Shown: piece after piece, positions 29,659 through 39,446 of the stretch | Numbering within the stretch: the stretch's first letter is position 1 | How the letters are laid out: each line of letters starts with the position of its first letter | Source of the DNA: Candidatus Paceibacter sp. | Lineage (GTDB): Bacteria > Patescibacteriota > Minisyncoccia > UBA6257 > JAGOQP01 | Length of the DNA stretch: 54,581 nucleotides | NCBI GenBank assembly: GCA_020724905.1 | Contig: DYGB01000005.1 | Location: 1 to 54,581, forward strand | Reading direction: 5' to 3' | Translations under genes and position numbers: made by a program | The notes under the pieces: model-generated | Database searches by the model: none | The model's input: only the letters and a program-made list of their open reading frames with translations | What the model was told of the DNA's origin: nothing

Positions 29659-31761
29659 TTACTCCAAATGGAGACTTTTCTTAAACAATGAGAGATAGGT
29701 AGCTAGATAAGGATATTTGGCAAGTGTAGGATCTTTTTGTATTAACCCAAAGGCTTCTTTGTGAGCAGATGAGATCAGTTGAGAATCAGAAAGTGCTTTC
29801 ATGGCAAGGTCAGGCATACCCGACTGTTCACTTCCTAAAAATTGACCAGGACCACGCAAAGAAAGGTCTATTTCTGCTAATTCAAATCCATTTTTTGCAG
29901 AAACAAGTGCTTTAAGTCGCTTGTTTTGGACTCCACTTGTTTTTGTAAAGAGAAAACAATGTGATTGCTCTGTTCCTCTTCCAATTCTTCCTCTGAATTG
30001 GTGAAGTTGAGCAAGACCAAACAATTGAGCTCCCTCTATAATCATGGTTGTGGCATTGGGAACATCAACGCCAACCTCTACAATTGAGGTGGAAACAAGA
30101 ACATCGATAGATCCTTCTTTAAACTGTTTCATGACAGACGCTTTTTCTTCAGATTTCATTTGTCCATGAAGCATCCCAACGGTGTAGTTTTTAAACTCTC
30201 CCGTGGAGAGGCGAGCATATTCTTCTTTCACGGATACAGCATCAAGGAAGAGTATATTTTTTTTCTCAGACTCATCAGAGGCTTCAATACGAGGACAGAT
30301 AACAAAACACTGATGCCCCTTATCAAGCTCAGACCGTATAAATTCATACACAGCAGGTTGCTTTGGGGGAGGAACAATTTCTGTTTTAATTTTCTTTCTG
30401 TCTTTGGGGAGTTCTGTAATTGTAGAAAGAGAAAGATCCCCAAATATGGTAAGAGAAAGGGTGCGAGGAATAGGGGTTGCTGACATAGATATAAAATGAG
30501 GGAGAATATCTTTCTGTTTTGTAAGACGTGATCGTTGCTCGACACCAAAACGATGTTGTTCATCAACAACAACAAGAGCGAGATGCTTGAAAGAAACATC
30601 TTTCTGTATAACAGCATGTGTACCAAATACGATACGAATAGAACCCTTTTTAATATACGAGAGTAAATCTTTTTTTGAGAGTTCTGTTTCAAGTCCATCT
30701 CCAAAAAAGGCAATAGCATGATGTGCGGTAAGGAGTGCAACGCCAGTATTTGTATGGGGGAATAAGTGGGTAAAGGTAAGGAAATGTTGTCGTGCGAGAA
30801 TTTCAGTAGGAGCCATAAAGACCGCCTGAAATCCATTGTCCGCTATGACAAGAGAGGCGAGTGCGACCACAACAGTTTTTCCCGACCCCACATCTCCTTG
30901 AACAAGCCTGCTCGTTGGATGTGTGCGCCCCATATCCTCAAGAATCTCATAGAGAACCTCTTTTTGAGAGGCGGTAAGCTCAAAAGGGAGAGAGGTAAGA
31001 TATGAAGATATCTTCTCCGGTGCATAAGAGGAAATGTATGCTTTGTGTTGGGAAAGTTTGTATCGTTCAAATGCTTGTGTAAGTTGGATAAGGAAAATTT
31101 CTTGGAATGAGAATCGTTTAAATGCCGCCTCAGCTTCATCAAGAGATGAAGGAGAATGGATGGCATGAAAGGAATCTTGCAGAGAAGGGAATGAGTTCTT
31201 TTGTATAATGTGTTGAGGGAGAAATTCTTTTACTTGTATAAAAGGCAATACCTTCCCTATAACAAATCGTATGAGTCGAGAAGTAACTCCTTTTGTTTCA
31301 GGGTAGATAGGAATCAGTTTTCCAGTATGACGTGGAGTCTTTTCTGATGAAATAATTTCAAATTCAGGAGAGGTAAATTGAGGCGTTTTCCCGTCAAAAG
31401 ATACCTTACCAGAAATATTAATAGAGCTTCCTTTTTTAAGTGTTGTGATAAGGTATTTTTGGTTAAACCAGACTGCTTTTGCTTTTCCTGTTCCGTCCTC
31501 CACATATGCCTGAACAATATACATATGCTTACGAGGAGTTCGTGTAATGGATGTCTTGGTAATAACACCATGGATAGTTACCGTAGCATTTTCATCAATA
31601 TCAGATATATTTCGTACATCAGAGAAGTCTTGGTATCTGGTAGGGAAGTGATAAAGAAGATCCTTTACAGTATGTATGTGTAATTTTTCTAACGATGAAG
31701 CAAATTTGTTCCCAACACCTTTTACATCACGAAGTTGCGTTGAAAGTTCAATGGATGGCAT
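29659..31761 (-). CDS. recG: ATP-dependent DNA helicase RecG
   Basis: QGDVGSGKT, DEQHRFGV, SATPIPRTL, QLHQFRGRIGRG. Confidence 0.97.
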   Translation of the reverse strand: MPSIELSTQLRDVKGVGNKFASSLEKLHIHTVKDLLYHFPTRYQDFSDVRNISDIDENATVTIHGVITKTSITRTPRKHMYIVQAYVEDGTGKAKAVWFNQKYLITTLKKGSSINISGKVSFDGKTPQFTSPEFEIISSEKTPRHTGKLIPIYPETKGVTSRLIRFVIGKVLPFIQVKEFLPQHIIQKNSFPSLQDSFHAIHSPSSLDEAEAAFKRFSFQEIFLIQLTQAFERYKLSQHKAYISSYAPEKISSYLTSLPFELTASQKEVLYEILEDMGRTHPTSRLVQGDVGSGKTVVVALASLVIADNGFQAVFMAPTEILARQHFLTFTHLFPHTNTGVALLTAHHAIAFFGDGLETELSKKDLLSYIKKGSIRIVFGTHAVIQKDVSFKHLALVVVDEQHRFGVEQRSRLTKQKDILPHFISMSATPIPRTLSLTIFGDLSLSTITELPKDRKKIKTEIVPPPKQPAVYEFIRSELDKGHQCFVICPRIEASDESEKKNILFLDAVSVKEEYARLSTGEFKNYTVGMLHGQMKSEEKASVMKQFKEGSIDVLVSTSIVEVGVDVPNATTMIIEGAQLFGLAQLHQFRGRIGRGTEQSHCFLFTKTSGVQNKRLKALVSAKNGFELAEIDLSLRGPGQFLGSEQSGMPDLAMKALSDSQLISSAHKEAFGLIQKDPTLAKYPYLATYLSLFKKSLHLE

Positions 31762-31861
31762 ATATAGCTAGTATACCACTCACTTCAGTAAAAAACATTT
31801 ACAGGGAAAGAAATATGTGATTATATATATTCAGTTCATCACAAATAAAAAAGAGGTTAGT

Positions 31862-32497
31862 ATGAATGATATTTTTGGCCCTGGATCGAATCTATCAACG
31901 CGATTCATTCCAGATTATCAACAATTATCTGAAAAAATCCAATTTCTTAAGAATATTGGAATGGAGATAATATTAACATCAGGGACGTTTGATCTATTTC
32001 ACATGGGTCATGGACGATACCTAGAGAAAGCCAAGCAATCAGCAAAGAACTTTGATAAGGCGATACTTGTAGTTGGTGTAGATAGTGACGAACGAGTAAG
32101 AGACCGAAAAGGTCCTGATAGACCAATTGTTTCAGAGAACGAAAGAGTAGAAACGATCTGCCATAGCAGGTATGCAGATCTTGTTACTCTCAAAAGAAAG
32201 GAAGATCAAAAGTGGGAACTTATCAAGATCGTCTCTCCAGATATTCTCATTATCTCAGAAAGAACAAAATATAGTGATGAGGAAATTATTCTTCTTGACG
32301 AATGGTGTGGGAAAGTTGTTGCACTGGAAAGCCAGGCAACAACAAGTACATCAGCAAAAGTAAGGCTTCTTCACATTAATTTTTCAGAAAAAATGAAAAA
32401 AGAAGTCCTTGAACATCTGGATATTACAAAAGATAAGATCGTAAAGATTTTTGATGCAACAAAAGAAGCACAGGGAAAAGGAGGAAAGAATGAGTGA
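31862..32497 (+). CDS. Cytidylyltransferase/adenylyltransferase (TagD/RfaE-like)
   Basis: GTFDLFHMGH (HxGH), VGVDSD, KGPDRP, TSTS. Confidence 0.85.
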   Translation: MNDIFGPGSNLSTRFIPDYQQLSEKIQFLKNIGMEIILTSGTFDLFHMGHGRYLEKAKQSAKNFDKAILVVGVDSDERVRDRKGPDRPIVSENERVETICHSRYADLVTLKRKEDQKWELIKIVSPDILIISERTKYSDEEIILLDEWCGKVVALESQATTSTSAKVRLLHINFSEKMKKEVLEHLDITKDKIVKIFDATKEAQGKGGKNE

Positions 32498-33317
32498 TAC
32501 AGGAATTATCCTATATATACCCGTTCTTCATAGAGGATATCTTGAACTCATAAGAAATAATAAACACAGTACAGTCTATGTATTGGGAGAGTGGATAGTA
32601 GAAGAAATTCCGTATTTAAAAAAAGAGATACGGGCTCTCTCTCCAAAAGAAGTAGTTACAGCGCTCAAAGTATTATTTCCAGAGAACAAGTGTGTACTTC
32701 TTTTCAAGGAGCACATAAAAGACGCCTCTAATCTGCACGAAACAATTATACTTCCCAATGATGATGTTTCTTCCTATCTAGTAGAGATGTATCTCAATAA
32801 AGCAAAAAATATTGTTTTTGAGAATATATTTCTAAGATGGGATAGAAAAAACACAAAAGAATACAAAGACATTGTCTGTGAAATAGTCGAACCTTCTGAA
32901 TTCATGGAACGAGCAAGAAATCTTTCTCTAAAAAGTTCAGACTGGTGGAGACAAGTTGGTGCTGTTATCGTAAAAGATAATCAAGTTCTTGTGGAAGGAT
33001 ACAATACACACCTACCCCACCAACATATCAACTATATACAAGGGGATCCTCGAAATACATCTCATAAGGGGAAAGATATTGAGTTGTCTTCAGCGATACA
33101 CGCTGAAGCAAAGGCAATAGCTACAGCAGCACAGAGAGGGATGTCCTTAAAAGGATCAACAATGTATGTTACGACATTTCCATGTCCTGTATGTGCTAAA
33201 TTGATAGCATATAGTGGTATTAAAAGCGTCGTTTTCTCTGAAGGATATGCCATGCTTGATGCTCAAGACATACTAACTTCATTTTCTATAACAATTCAAA
33301 AAGAAAACCCCAGATAA
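32490..33317 (+). CDS. dCMP deaminase family protein with extra N-terminal domain
   Basis: RQVGAVIV, HAE, FPCPVC zinc motifs. Confidence 0.88.
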   Translation: MSDTGIILYIPVLHRGYLELIRNNKHSTVYVLGEWIVEEIPYLKKEIRALSPKEVVTALKVLFPENKCVLLFKEHIKDASNLHETIILPNDDVSSYLVEMYLNKAKNIVFENIFLRWDRKNTKEYKDIVCEIVEPSEFMERARNLSLKSSDWWRQVGAVIVKDNQVLVEGYNTHLPHQHINYIQGDPRNTSHKGKDIELSSAIHAEAKAIATAAQRGMSLKGSTMYVTTFPCPVCAKLIAYSGIKSVVFSEGYAMLDAQDILTSFSITIQKENPR

Positions 33318-33785
33318 TTATCTGGGGTTATTTTTTGCACTTATTCTAAAGCGTAGTTCTTTGAATTTCGGATTGTCTGGATGATAGGGAAAAATCACAT
33401 GTGCGTGTAGATGATGAACTGTTCCTCCATTCAAGTGAGGGTCTCCAAATCGTATAGCAAGACCGCCACTTTTAAGAGAGAAGGAATCTTCCAAGGAAGA
33501 AACAAGTTCTATGAGTTCATTTCCAGCACCAGCATCAAGATCTCCTATCTGTTGGACATGCTTCTTCGAGATGAGAAGAAAATGATGTTCTGAACCATCA
33601 TAGGGCCACTGATTTAAGGTAAGAATCCAATGCCTTCCATTTTTAAGAAAGGGTAACTTGTGTTCTTTTTGGAGATTTTTTTCACAAAAAGGACATTCAT
33701 GAGACTTTTCTATTCTTTTCAATACGTCGGCTTGCTCTTGTGTTCTTGAATGAGCAGGAACAACAAATTTTTTTTCTTCAGACAT
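33318..33785 (-). CDS. HIT family nucleotide hydrolase
   Basis: CPFC and HLHAHV histidine triad. Confidence 0.85.
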   Translation of the reverse strand: MSEEKKFVVPAHSRTQEQADVLKRIEKSHECPFCEKNLQKEHKLPFLKNGRHWILTLNQWPYDGSEHHFLLISKKHVQQIGDLDAGAGNELIELVSSLEDSFSLKSGGLAIRFGDPHLNGGTVHHLHAHVIFPYHPDNPKFKELRFRISAKNNPR

Positions 33786-33786
33786 G

Positions 33787-34704
33787 CTACACCTCCGTTT
33801 TTATAATGCGTCGAGGAGCCTGAGGATGGTAATCGCTAATTGTAACGTGTTCAAGTCTAAAATCTTGAACACGTTTTACTTCTGGATCCAGAAGTATTGA
33901 AGCAAATTTCCCCGTAGGTGTGGCAAGAAGTTTTTTTACATCCTCCTCTTGTTTTTCTGGGTAGTAGTGAGCATCCAGGATAACGTATACGAGTCTGCGA
34001 GCCTTATACCCCGTTACTTGAGAAAGCATAAGAGAAAGAACACCATATTGGATAAGGTTTGCACCTCCTCCCACCGGAACATCCTGACTTCTTTGAACAT
34101 GAATGAGGGTAAGTTCTCTTTTATATACATTGATATGTATATTTAGAAAACCATGACAGGGTGTGACAACAACTTTCTGTTGCTCCGTATCACTTCTCAT
34201 GTAGAAGTAGGGGATGAAAGGGGTGATAACATGGGTTTTAAGATATGGTCGATATGCTATCTGATCAATAACAGCATCCCATTGATTATAATGACCACCA
34301 TCTGGCATAGGAAATTGTGTCCATGCTGGTCCATATGCACCGGGTCCCATATCTCCTTCTCTTAGTCCTCTTTTTTCACATTTTTTCTTGGTGAGCCACG
34401 GTTTCCACCAGTAGCATCCAAATGATTCAAGTTCTTTTTGGGTACGAGCCCCATTTAAAAAAGCAAAGAGCTCTCCAAGAGATTGTTTAAATATAGACCT
34501 TTCTCCTGAAACAATATCTCGTTCAGTAATAACGGGAATACCTTCTTCAAGGTTAAATGTCATTGTGTGTCCAAAAATACTTCGCGTATGCGAACCACTA
34601 GTGTGTTGATTATCTTCACCATGGGTTTGTATCTTTTGAAGTAAGTCTTTATAAGACCCATTATAGGGCCGTATAGGAAAGGGGATATACTGAATAGTCT
34701 GCAT
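33787..34704 (-). CDS. thyA: Divergent thymidylate synthase
   Basis: GDMGPGAYG, PCH catalytic Cys, QRSQD...N, DAHYY. Confidence 0.85.
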   Translation of the reverse strand: MQTIQYIPFPIRPYNGSYKDLLQKIQTHGEDNQHTSGSHTRSIFGHTMTFNLEEGIPVITERDIVSGERSIFKQSLGELFAFLNGARTQKELESFGCYWWKPWLTKKKCEKRGLREGDMGPGAYGPAWTQFPMPDGGHYNQWDAVIDQIAYRPYLKTHVITPFIPYFYMRSDTEQQKVVVTPCHGFLNIHINVYKRELTLIHVQRSQDVPVGGGANLIQYGVLSLMLSQVTGYKARRLVYVILDAHYYPEKQEEDVKKLLATPTGKFASILLDPEVKRVQDFRLEHVTISDYHPQAPRRIIKTEV

Positions 34705-34824
34705 AATGCCTCCATAGAATGTTTAAGTTTTCAAATTTCTAAAATCTATTTAATCATGAAAATGATGCTTAGTCAATAAATAAGGAACCTGTAAAAAGAT
34801 TCCTTATGAGTGTCATTGAATATG

Positions 34825-34896
34825 TGTCCTCGGAGGGAATCGAACCCCCATCGTAGGTTCCGCAAACCTATGTTCTATCCGTTGAACTACGAGGAC
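34825..34896 (-). tRNA. tRNA-Arg(GCG)
   Basis: Cloverleaf GTCCTCG/CGAGGAC; anticodon arm TAGGT-TTGCGGA-ACCTA. Confidence 0.93.
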
Positions 34897-34937
34897 ATCT
34901 GGGGAAAAGATACTCTTTTTTCCCTTCAAGCGCAATA

Positions 34938-35402
34938 CTAGATCCCTATAATACGAGACAGAGAATCAAGAAGAGAAAGCTCAATTTCTTTCTTAGGAAT
35001 ATGCGTTTCTAAAAGAGAAGTAATAGCTTCCCGCTGATGTTCATAGATACGTATACGGAGTGTAGGGTGCAGTTTTCCTTGTAGCACAAATAGTAATTCA
35101 GCGTGTTCATCATCAAATTCATGAACATCGAAGTGATTAAGTTGAGAGAAAGGATAGAGAGTGTCTGACTCAAGAATATGAATACCTTTTGTATCTATTT
35201 TAAAAGTAAAAGAAGGAGATGCTTGTGAAGAAAGAAATAGTACTATTCCTCCCGCGAGAATAACAAAAACCCCAAAGAGAAAATTCTTTTGCCACAAAGA
35301 AAAGAGAAGAAGAAGTGCAAACACTGAAAAAAAGACAGTATAGAAAAGCGTTCCTTTGTCTCTATCATCGTGTGTTTTTATGTGCCACTCTATTGATTCC
35401 AT
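34938..35402 (-). CDS. Hypothetical 2-TM protein
   Basis: Two TM helices followed by a soluble beta-rich domain. Confidence 0.7.
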   Translation of the reverse strand: MESIEWHIKTHDDRDKGTLFYTVFFSVFALLLLFSLWQKNFLFGVFVILAGGIVLFLSSQASPSFTFKIDTKGIHILESDTLYPFSQLNHFDVHEFDDEHAELLFVLQGKLHPTLRIRIYEHQREAITSLLETHIPKKEIELSLLDSLSRIIGI

Positions 35403-35423
35403 ATACTCATTCTACATGAAATC

Positions 35424-37121
35424 CTAAATAACTGAAGGGCTCTCTATCCCTAGAAGAGATAATCCTTCTTTTAGTATTGATGATGCTTTTTTAAGAAGGT
35501 CAATACGAGCATACATTCGTTTCTTGTTTGTATCTCCAAGTACACGTTCTTTTTCATAGAATGCGTTTATTTCTCCAGAGAGTGTATAGAGATACTCGGT
35601 AAGGTATTGTGATGTTGCTGAGTCAACACAGCGTTGTATAACCGCAGGGTATTCAAGAATCGCTCGCAGGAGTGTGCGCTCAGAAGAAGAAGGAGAAGGA
35701 TAAGCTCGTGGAGTATAGAATAATCGTGATAAGAATGATGTTTTGTCCACCACCCGTCGTGCTCGTGCATAGGTGTATTGAATATAAGGAGCGCTATTTC
35801 CAGTTAAAGACAACATACTTTCAGGATCAAAAGTAACAGGGGATGTTTTGTTATATGAAAGCATTCCGTATTTCAAAGCAGCAATTCCCATTGCATCGAG
35901 TGTCTTTTTAGAAGCACTGCTTTCCTTTTCTTTTCCAACACTATGAGCTCTTTGTATGACATCGTTAATGAGATCTCGTGCATGAACGGTTCTTCCTGCA
36001 CGTGTTGAAAAGCGCTTACCATTCTTATCTAAAACAGTCCCAAAAGGAATATGAATAAAGGGAGCATGAGGGAGGTCTATTTCCTTTGCGACAGCTTGCA
36101 ATTGTTTAAAGTGAAGTGACTGTTCGTTTCCAACGACATACAAGATAGTATTAGGTGAAAATCGTGTGCTTCGGTAGTAAAGGCTTGCAAGGTCTCGTGT
36201 CAGATAGAGTGTTGCTCCATCAGATTTCTTAAGAAGCCCAGGAGGAAGATCGTATGACTCAAGATCAATAATAAGAGCGTCATCACTTATTTGTGATTTT
36301 CCACTTTTTTCTATAAGGGAAAATATATGAGGGATGTATTTCTCATAAAAACTTTCTCCAAGGACAATATCAAAAGAGATAGAAAGAAGAGCATAGGTTT
36401 GTTGAAATTCTTTTAAAGAAAGAGAAACAATATGTTTCCAGATATTTCTATTCTCAGTATCTCCTTTTTCAAGGCGTAAGAATTCTTTTCGAGCCTCATC
36501 TTCAAGGGCAGGATCAGTTTCAGATTTTTTGTGGAAATGAATATAGAGCTGTTCAAGATCTTCAACTGTCTCCTTTTTTTCATTCCAATGTTTGTATCCA
36601 TAGAGGAGTTTCCCAAATTGTGTTCCCCAATCTCCAAGATGGTTCCATCGAATAACACTATTTCCAACTATAGTATGAAGTCGAGCTAGAAAATCTCCAA
36701 GGAGTGTTGCTCGAAGATGCCCTACATGCATTGGCTTTGCAATATTAGGGGATGAAAACTCAATAAGTAGCTTCTTTGGAGTAGAAAAAAAGGAAGAAAG
36801 CGGTTTTTTCTTAAGGGTGGTAAAGGAAGAAGAGAGGAATGCATCAGAGCAAAAAAGATTGATAAATCCACCTCCTGCGATAGTAACCGTATGGAACAGA
36901 GCAGCATGATGTGTACGGATATACTCCTGTATATGAAGCGCGATATTGTGAGGATTTTTCTTGAGATGAGGAGCAAGAGCGAATGCAATATTTGTTGAAT
37001 AATCTCCAAATGTTTTCTCATGCTTCCATTCGAGAGCAAAAGAGGGGACAGGATGTCCTAACGAGAGTGCTGCGTCGTGAATAACAGTATATATTGTGTC
37101 ATGAAAAGACTGTATGTTCAT
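35424..37121 (-). CDS. argS: Arginine-tRNA ligase
   Basis: SSPNIAKPMHVGH, HLGDWGTQFG, KSDGATLY, GNSAPYIQY. Confidence 0.97.
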   Translation of the reverse strand: MNIQSFHDTIYTVIHDAALSLGHPVPSFALEWKHEKTFGDYSTNIAFALAPHLKKNPHNIALHIQEYIRTHHAALFHTVTIAGGGFINLFCSDAFLSSSFTTLKKKPLSSFFSTPKKLLIEFSSPNIAKPMHVGHLRATLLGDFLARLHTIVGNSVIRWNHLGDWGTQFGKLLYGYKHWNEKKETVEDLEQLYIHFHKKSETDPALEDEARKEFLRLEKGDTENRNIWKHIVSLSLKEFQQTYALLSISFDIVLGESFYEKYIPHIFSLIEKSGKSQISDDALIIDLESYDLPPGLLKKSDGATLYLTRDLASLYYRSTRFSPNTILYVVGNEQSLHFKQLQAVAKEIDLPHAPFIHIPFGTVLDKNGKRFSTRAGRTVHARDLINDVIQRAHSVGKEKESSASKKTLDAMGIAALKYGMLSYNKTSPVTFDPESMLSLTGNSAPYIQYTYARARRVVDKTSFLSRLFYTPRAYPSPSSSERTLLRAILEYPAVIQRCVDSATSQYLTEYLYTLSGEINAFYEKERVLGDTNKKRMYARIDLLKKASSILKEGLSLLGIESPSVI

Positions 37122-37252
37122 ATATATGCTAAGCATACACTACGCACCTCTCTTCGTAAATAAAGTAGAAGGAAGGTGAAATATGTGTTATACTACATAT
37201 GTGCATTACAAATAAAAAAGGTCGTTTAAAAATAACGAATTATTACTATACT

Positions 37253-37519
37253 ATGAAAAGTTTAAACGCACTTGATTGGATTGCATTGGTACTTGTTATC
37301 GTTGGTGGTCTTAACTGGGGTCTTGTAGGTCTTTTTGACTTTGATCTCGTTGCAACTATCTTCGGTGATATGTCAGTGCTTTCACGGATCGTATATATCC
37401 TTGTAGGACTTTCTGCAGTGTACATGATTGTTATTGCTGGTGTATTAGAAAAGAAAGGAGCAGCAAAAGCAGACATGTCAGCACCATCAATGCCAGAATC
37501 TCCATCAGAGGAGATGTAA
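37253..37519 (+). CDS. DUF378 family membrane protein
   Basis: VIVGGLNWGLVGLF...SRIVYILVGLSA. Confidence 0.9.
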   Translation: MKSLNALDWIALVLVIVGGLNWGLVGLFDFDLVATIFGDMSVLSRIVYILVGLSAVYMIVIAGVLEKKGAAKADMSAPSMPESPSEEM

Positions 37520-37538
37520 TACATCTCAAAAGGTATAT

Positions 37539-37566
37539 TAAAACCGGCTCATATGAGCCGGTTTTA
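37539..37566. terminator. Bidirectional terminator
   Basis: Palindrome TAAAACCGGCTCATATGAGCCGGTTTTA between convergent genes. Confidence 0.8.
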
Positions 37567-37573
37567 TATTTCC

Positions 37574-38608
37574 CTACGCCTTCTTTTTTATATGATCAAT
37601 ATTAAATTGTTGATAAGTGTGTATGAGAGCAAATAAGAATGCAACAATAACAGGTCCTAAGATAAATCCAAGAGGTCCAAAAGCAAAGACACCACCGAGA
37701 AGTGCAAGAAGAACAATAAATGGGTGAAGTTTGAGTCCTCTATCAATAAGAAATGGAGCAAGAAGATTATCAAGGAGTCCTACCGCAACAACAGCCCATA
37801 TGGTCATTCCAATCGCCTCAGGAATGTGTCCGGTAAATGCAAGAAAAGCAATTGCAGGTGCTGTTACGAGTGTTGTTCCAAGAGTAGGGATAATAGCCGC
37901 CACAGCAGCAAGTGCTCCCCAGATAACAGGTGTTGGAACTCCAAAGATGCTAAATCCAATTCCTGCAACAATACCTTGAATAATAGCGATTGCAAGGGTT
38001 CCTCGTACCACAGAGTTAATAGCATCTTTCACCTTTTTTATAAGGGTTATGTCGTAGGCATCATCAAGGGGACTGATTTTTTTCACCAAGTCTTTGAGAG
38101 CATCCTTCTCTTTTAGAGAAAAGAAGAGAGAGAAGATGATGATAAAGAAACCAACTATTCCACTAAATATACTTCCAAAGACAGATCCAATTTGTTGTAC
38201 AAATGATCCCAGTCCTTGTTCTGTAATAGCTTGGATTTGTCCAGAAAGGTTAAATGCCTCAGTTCCCAGGAGCCCAGATATCCTCTGGTCAATATATTCA
38301 AGGATAGGAATTCCCCCAGATGATTGGGAGAGTGATTCATACACAGATTGTACTTCTTCAACCACCTTTATCCCAAAGAAAGTGAGGGGAACGATAATAA
38401 GAATAATAACGATAAGAATGGTAAGAAATGCTGCAAGTCCTCTAAATGAAACGACACGGTGAATTTTTGAATAGAGTGGCTCTACTGCAATGGCAAGAAT
38501 TAACCCAAAAATGAGAGAAAAGAGATAGGGTTGGAAGACAAGAAATGAAAGGGCTCCTGCGCATACGAGGAGAACAATAAAAAATATATGTTGTGTTCGT
38601 ATATCCAT
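37574..38608 (-). CDS. AI-2E family transporter
   Basis: VRGTLAIAIIQG, DNLLAP, HPFIVLLALLGG..FGPLGFILGP. Confidence 0.92.
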   Translation of the reverse strand: MDIRTQHIFFIVLLVCAGALSFLVFQPYLFSLIFGLILAIAVEPLYSKIHRVVSFRGLAAFLTILIVIILIIVPLTFFGIKVVEEVQSVYESLSQSSGGIPILEYIDQRISGLLGTEAFNLSGQIQAITEQGLGSFVQQIGSVFGSIFSGIVGFFIIIFSLFFSLKEKDALKDLVKKISPLDDAYDITLIKKVKDAINSVVRGTLAIAIIQGIVAGIGFSIFGVPTPVIWGALAAVAAIIPTLGTTLVTAPAIAFLAFTGHIPEAIGMTIWAVVAVGLLDNLLAPFLIDRGLKLHPFIVLLALLGGVFAFGPLGFILGPVIVAFLFALIHTYQQFNIDHIKKKA

Positions 38609-38646
38609 AGTAATAGATATAGTATACACAACCCGTCTATTCAATA

Positions 38647-39402
38647 CTACTCAAGAAGTGTTAACAGATACATAATACCAACCCCTACAAGAAGCATGAT
38701 AATTTGGATAGAAGATCGTACTTTTGAATGTGTTTTGTGAAGCTGAGGAATCAGATCACTGGTAGCGATATAAATAAATCCTCCAATAGTAATTGCAACA
38801 GCAAAAGGAATGATATGCTCTATAGATGAGCCAAAAAGATACATGGCAACTCCTCCAATAACAGCAAAGAGTGCTGAGAGGAAGTTAAAGAAGAGTGCTC
38901 GTGCTTTACTAAGACCAGCATGGACTAAGACGCCAAAGTCTCCAATCTCTTGAGGAATTTCATGGAGTATCACTGCGATAGTAGTAGCAATCCCTACCGG
39001 CACACTGACCAAATAAGCTGAAGCGATAATAACACCATCAAGAAAGTTGTGTATTCCATCAGCAATAATATTCATATGAGCAACAGGATGGATAGCATCG
39101 TGTTTTTCACAGGAAGGGTCTTCGCAGTGGTGTCTCCAGTGAAGGATGTGTTCAATAGAAAAGAAAAGAAGGATGCCCCCAATAATAAGAACACTATAGG
39201 GGAGAAGGTCAGAAACTCCTTCAATGAGTTCTGGGAGAAGGTGGAAAAATACATCCCCCAAAAGACTTCCTGCTGCAAGGGAAATAAGGATAAATAAGAT
39301 GCTTTGTAGGCGGGATGGCTTAAGAGAAAGAACAATAATTCCAATAAGAGAGAGGACGCTCACAACAAGAACACTTATAATAATATAAAGAAATATGGAC
39401 AT
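38647..39402 (-). CDS. ZIP family metal transporter
   Basis: HLLPE, DGIHNFLDG, HEIPQEIGDF. Confidence 0.93.
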   Translation of the reverse strand: MSIFLYIIISVLVVSVLSLIGIIVLSLKPSRLQSILFILISLAAGSLLGDVFFHLLPELIEGVSDLLPYSVLIIGGILLFFSIEHILHWRHHCEDPSCEKHDAIHPVAHMNIIADGIHNFLDGVIIASAYLVSVPVGIATTIAVILHEIPQEIGDFGVLVHAGLSKARALFFNFLSALFAVIGGVAMYLFGSSIEHIIPFAVAITIGGFIYIATSDLIPQLHKTHSKVRSSIQIIMLLVGVGIMYLLTLLE

Positions 39403-39446
39403 GGGGATGTGTTACAATACTGTAGCACTAGTATAGAAGAGAGCGT

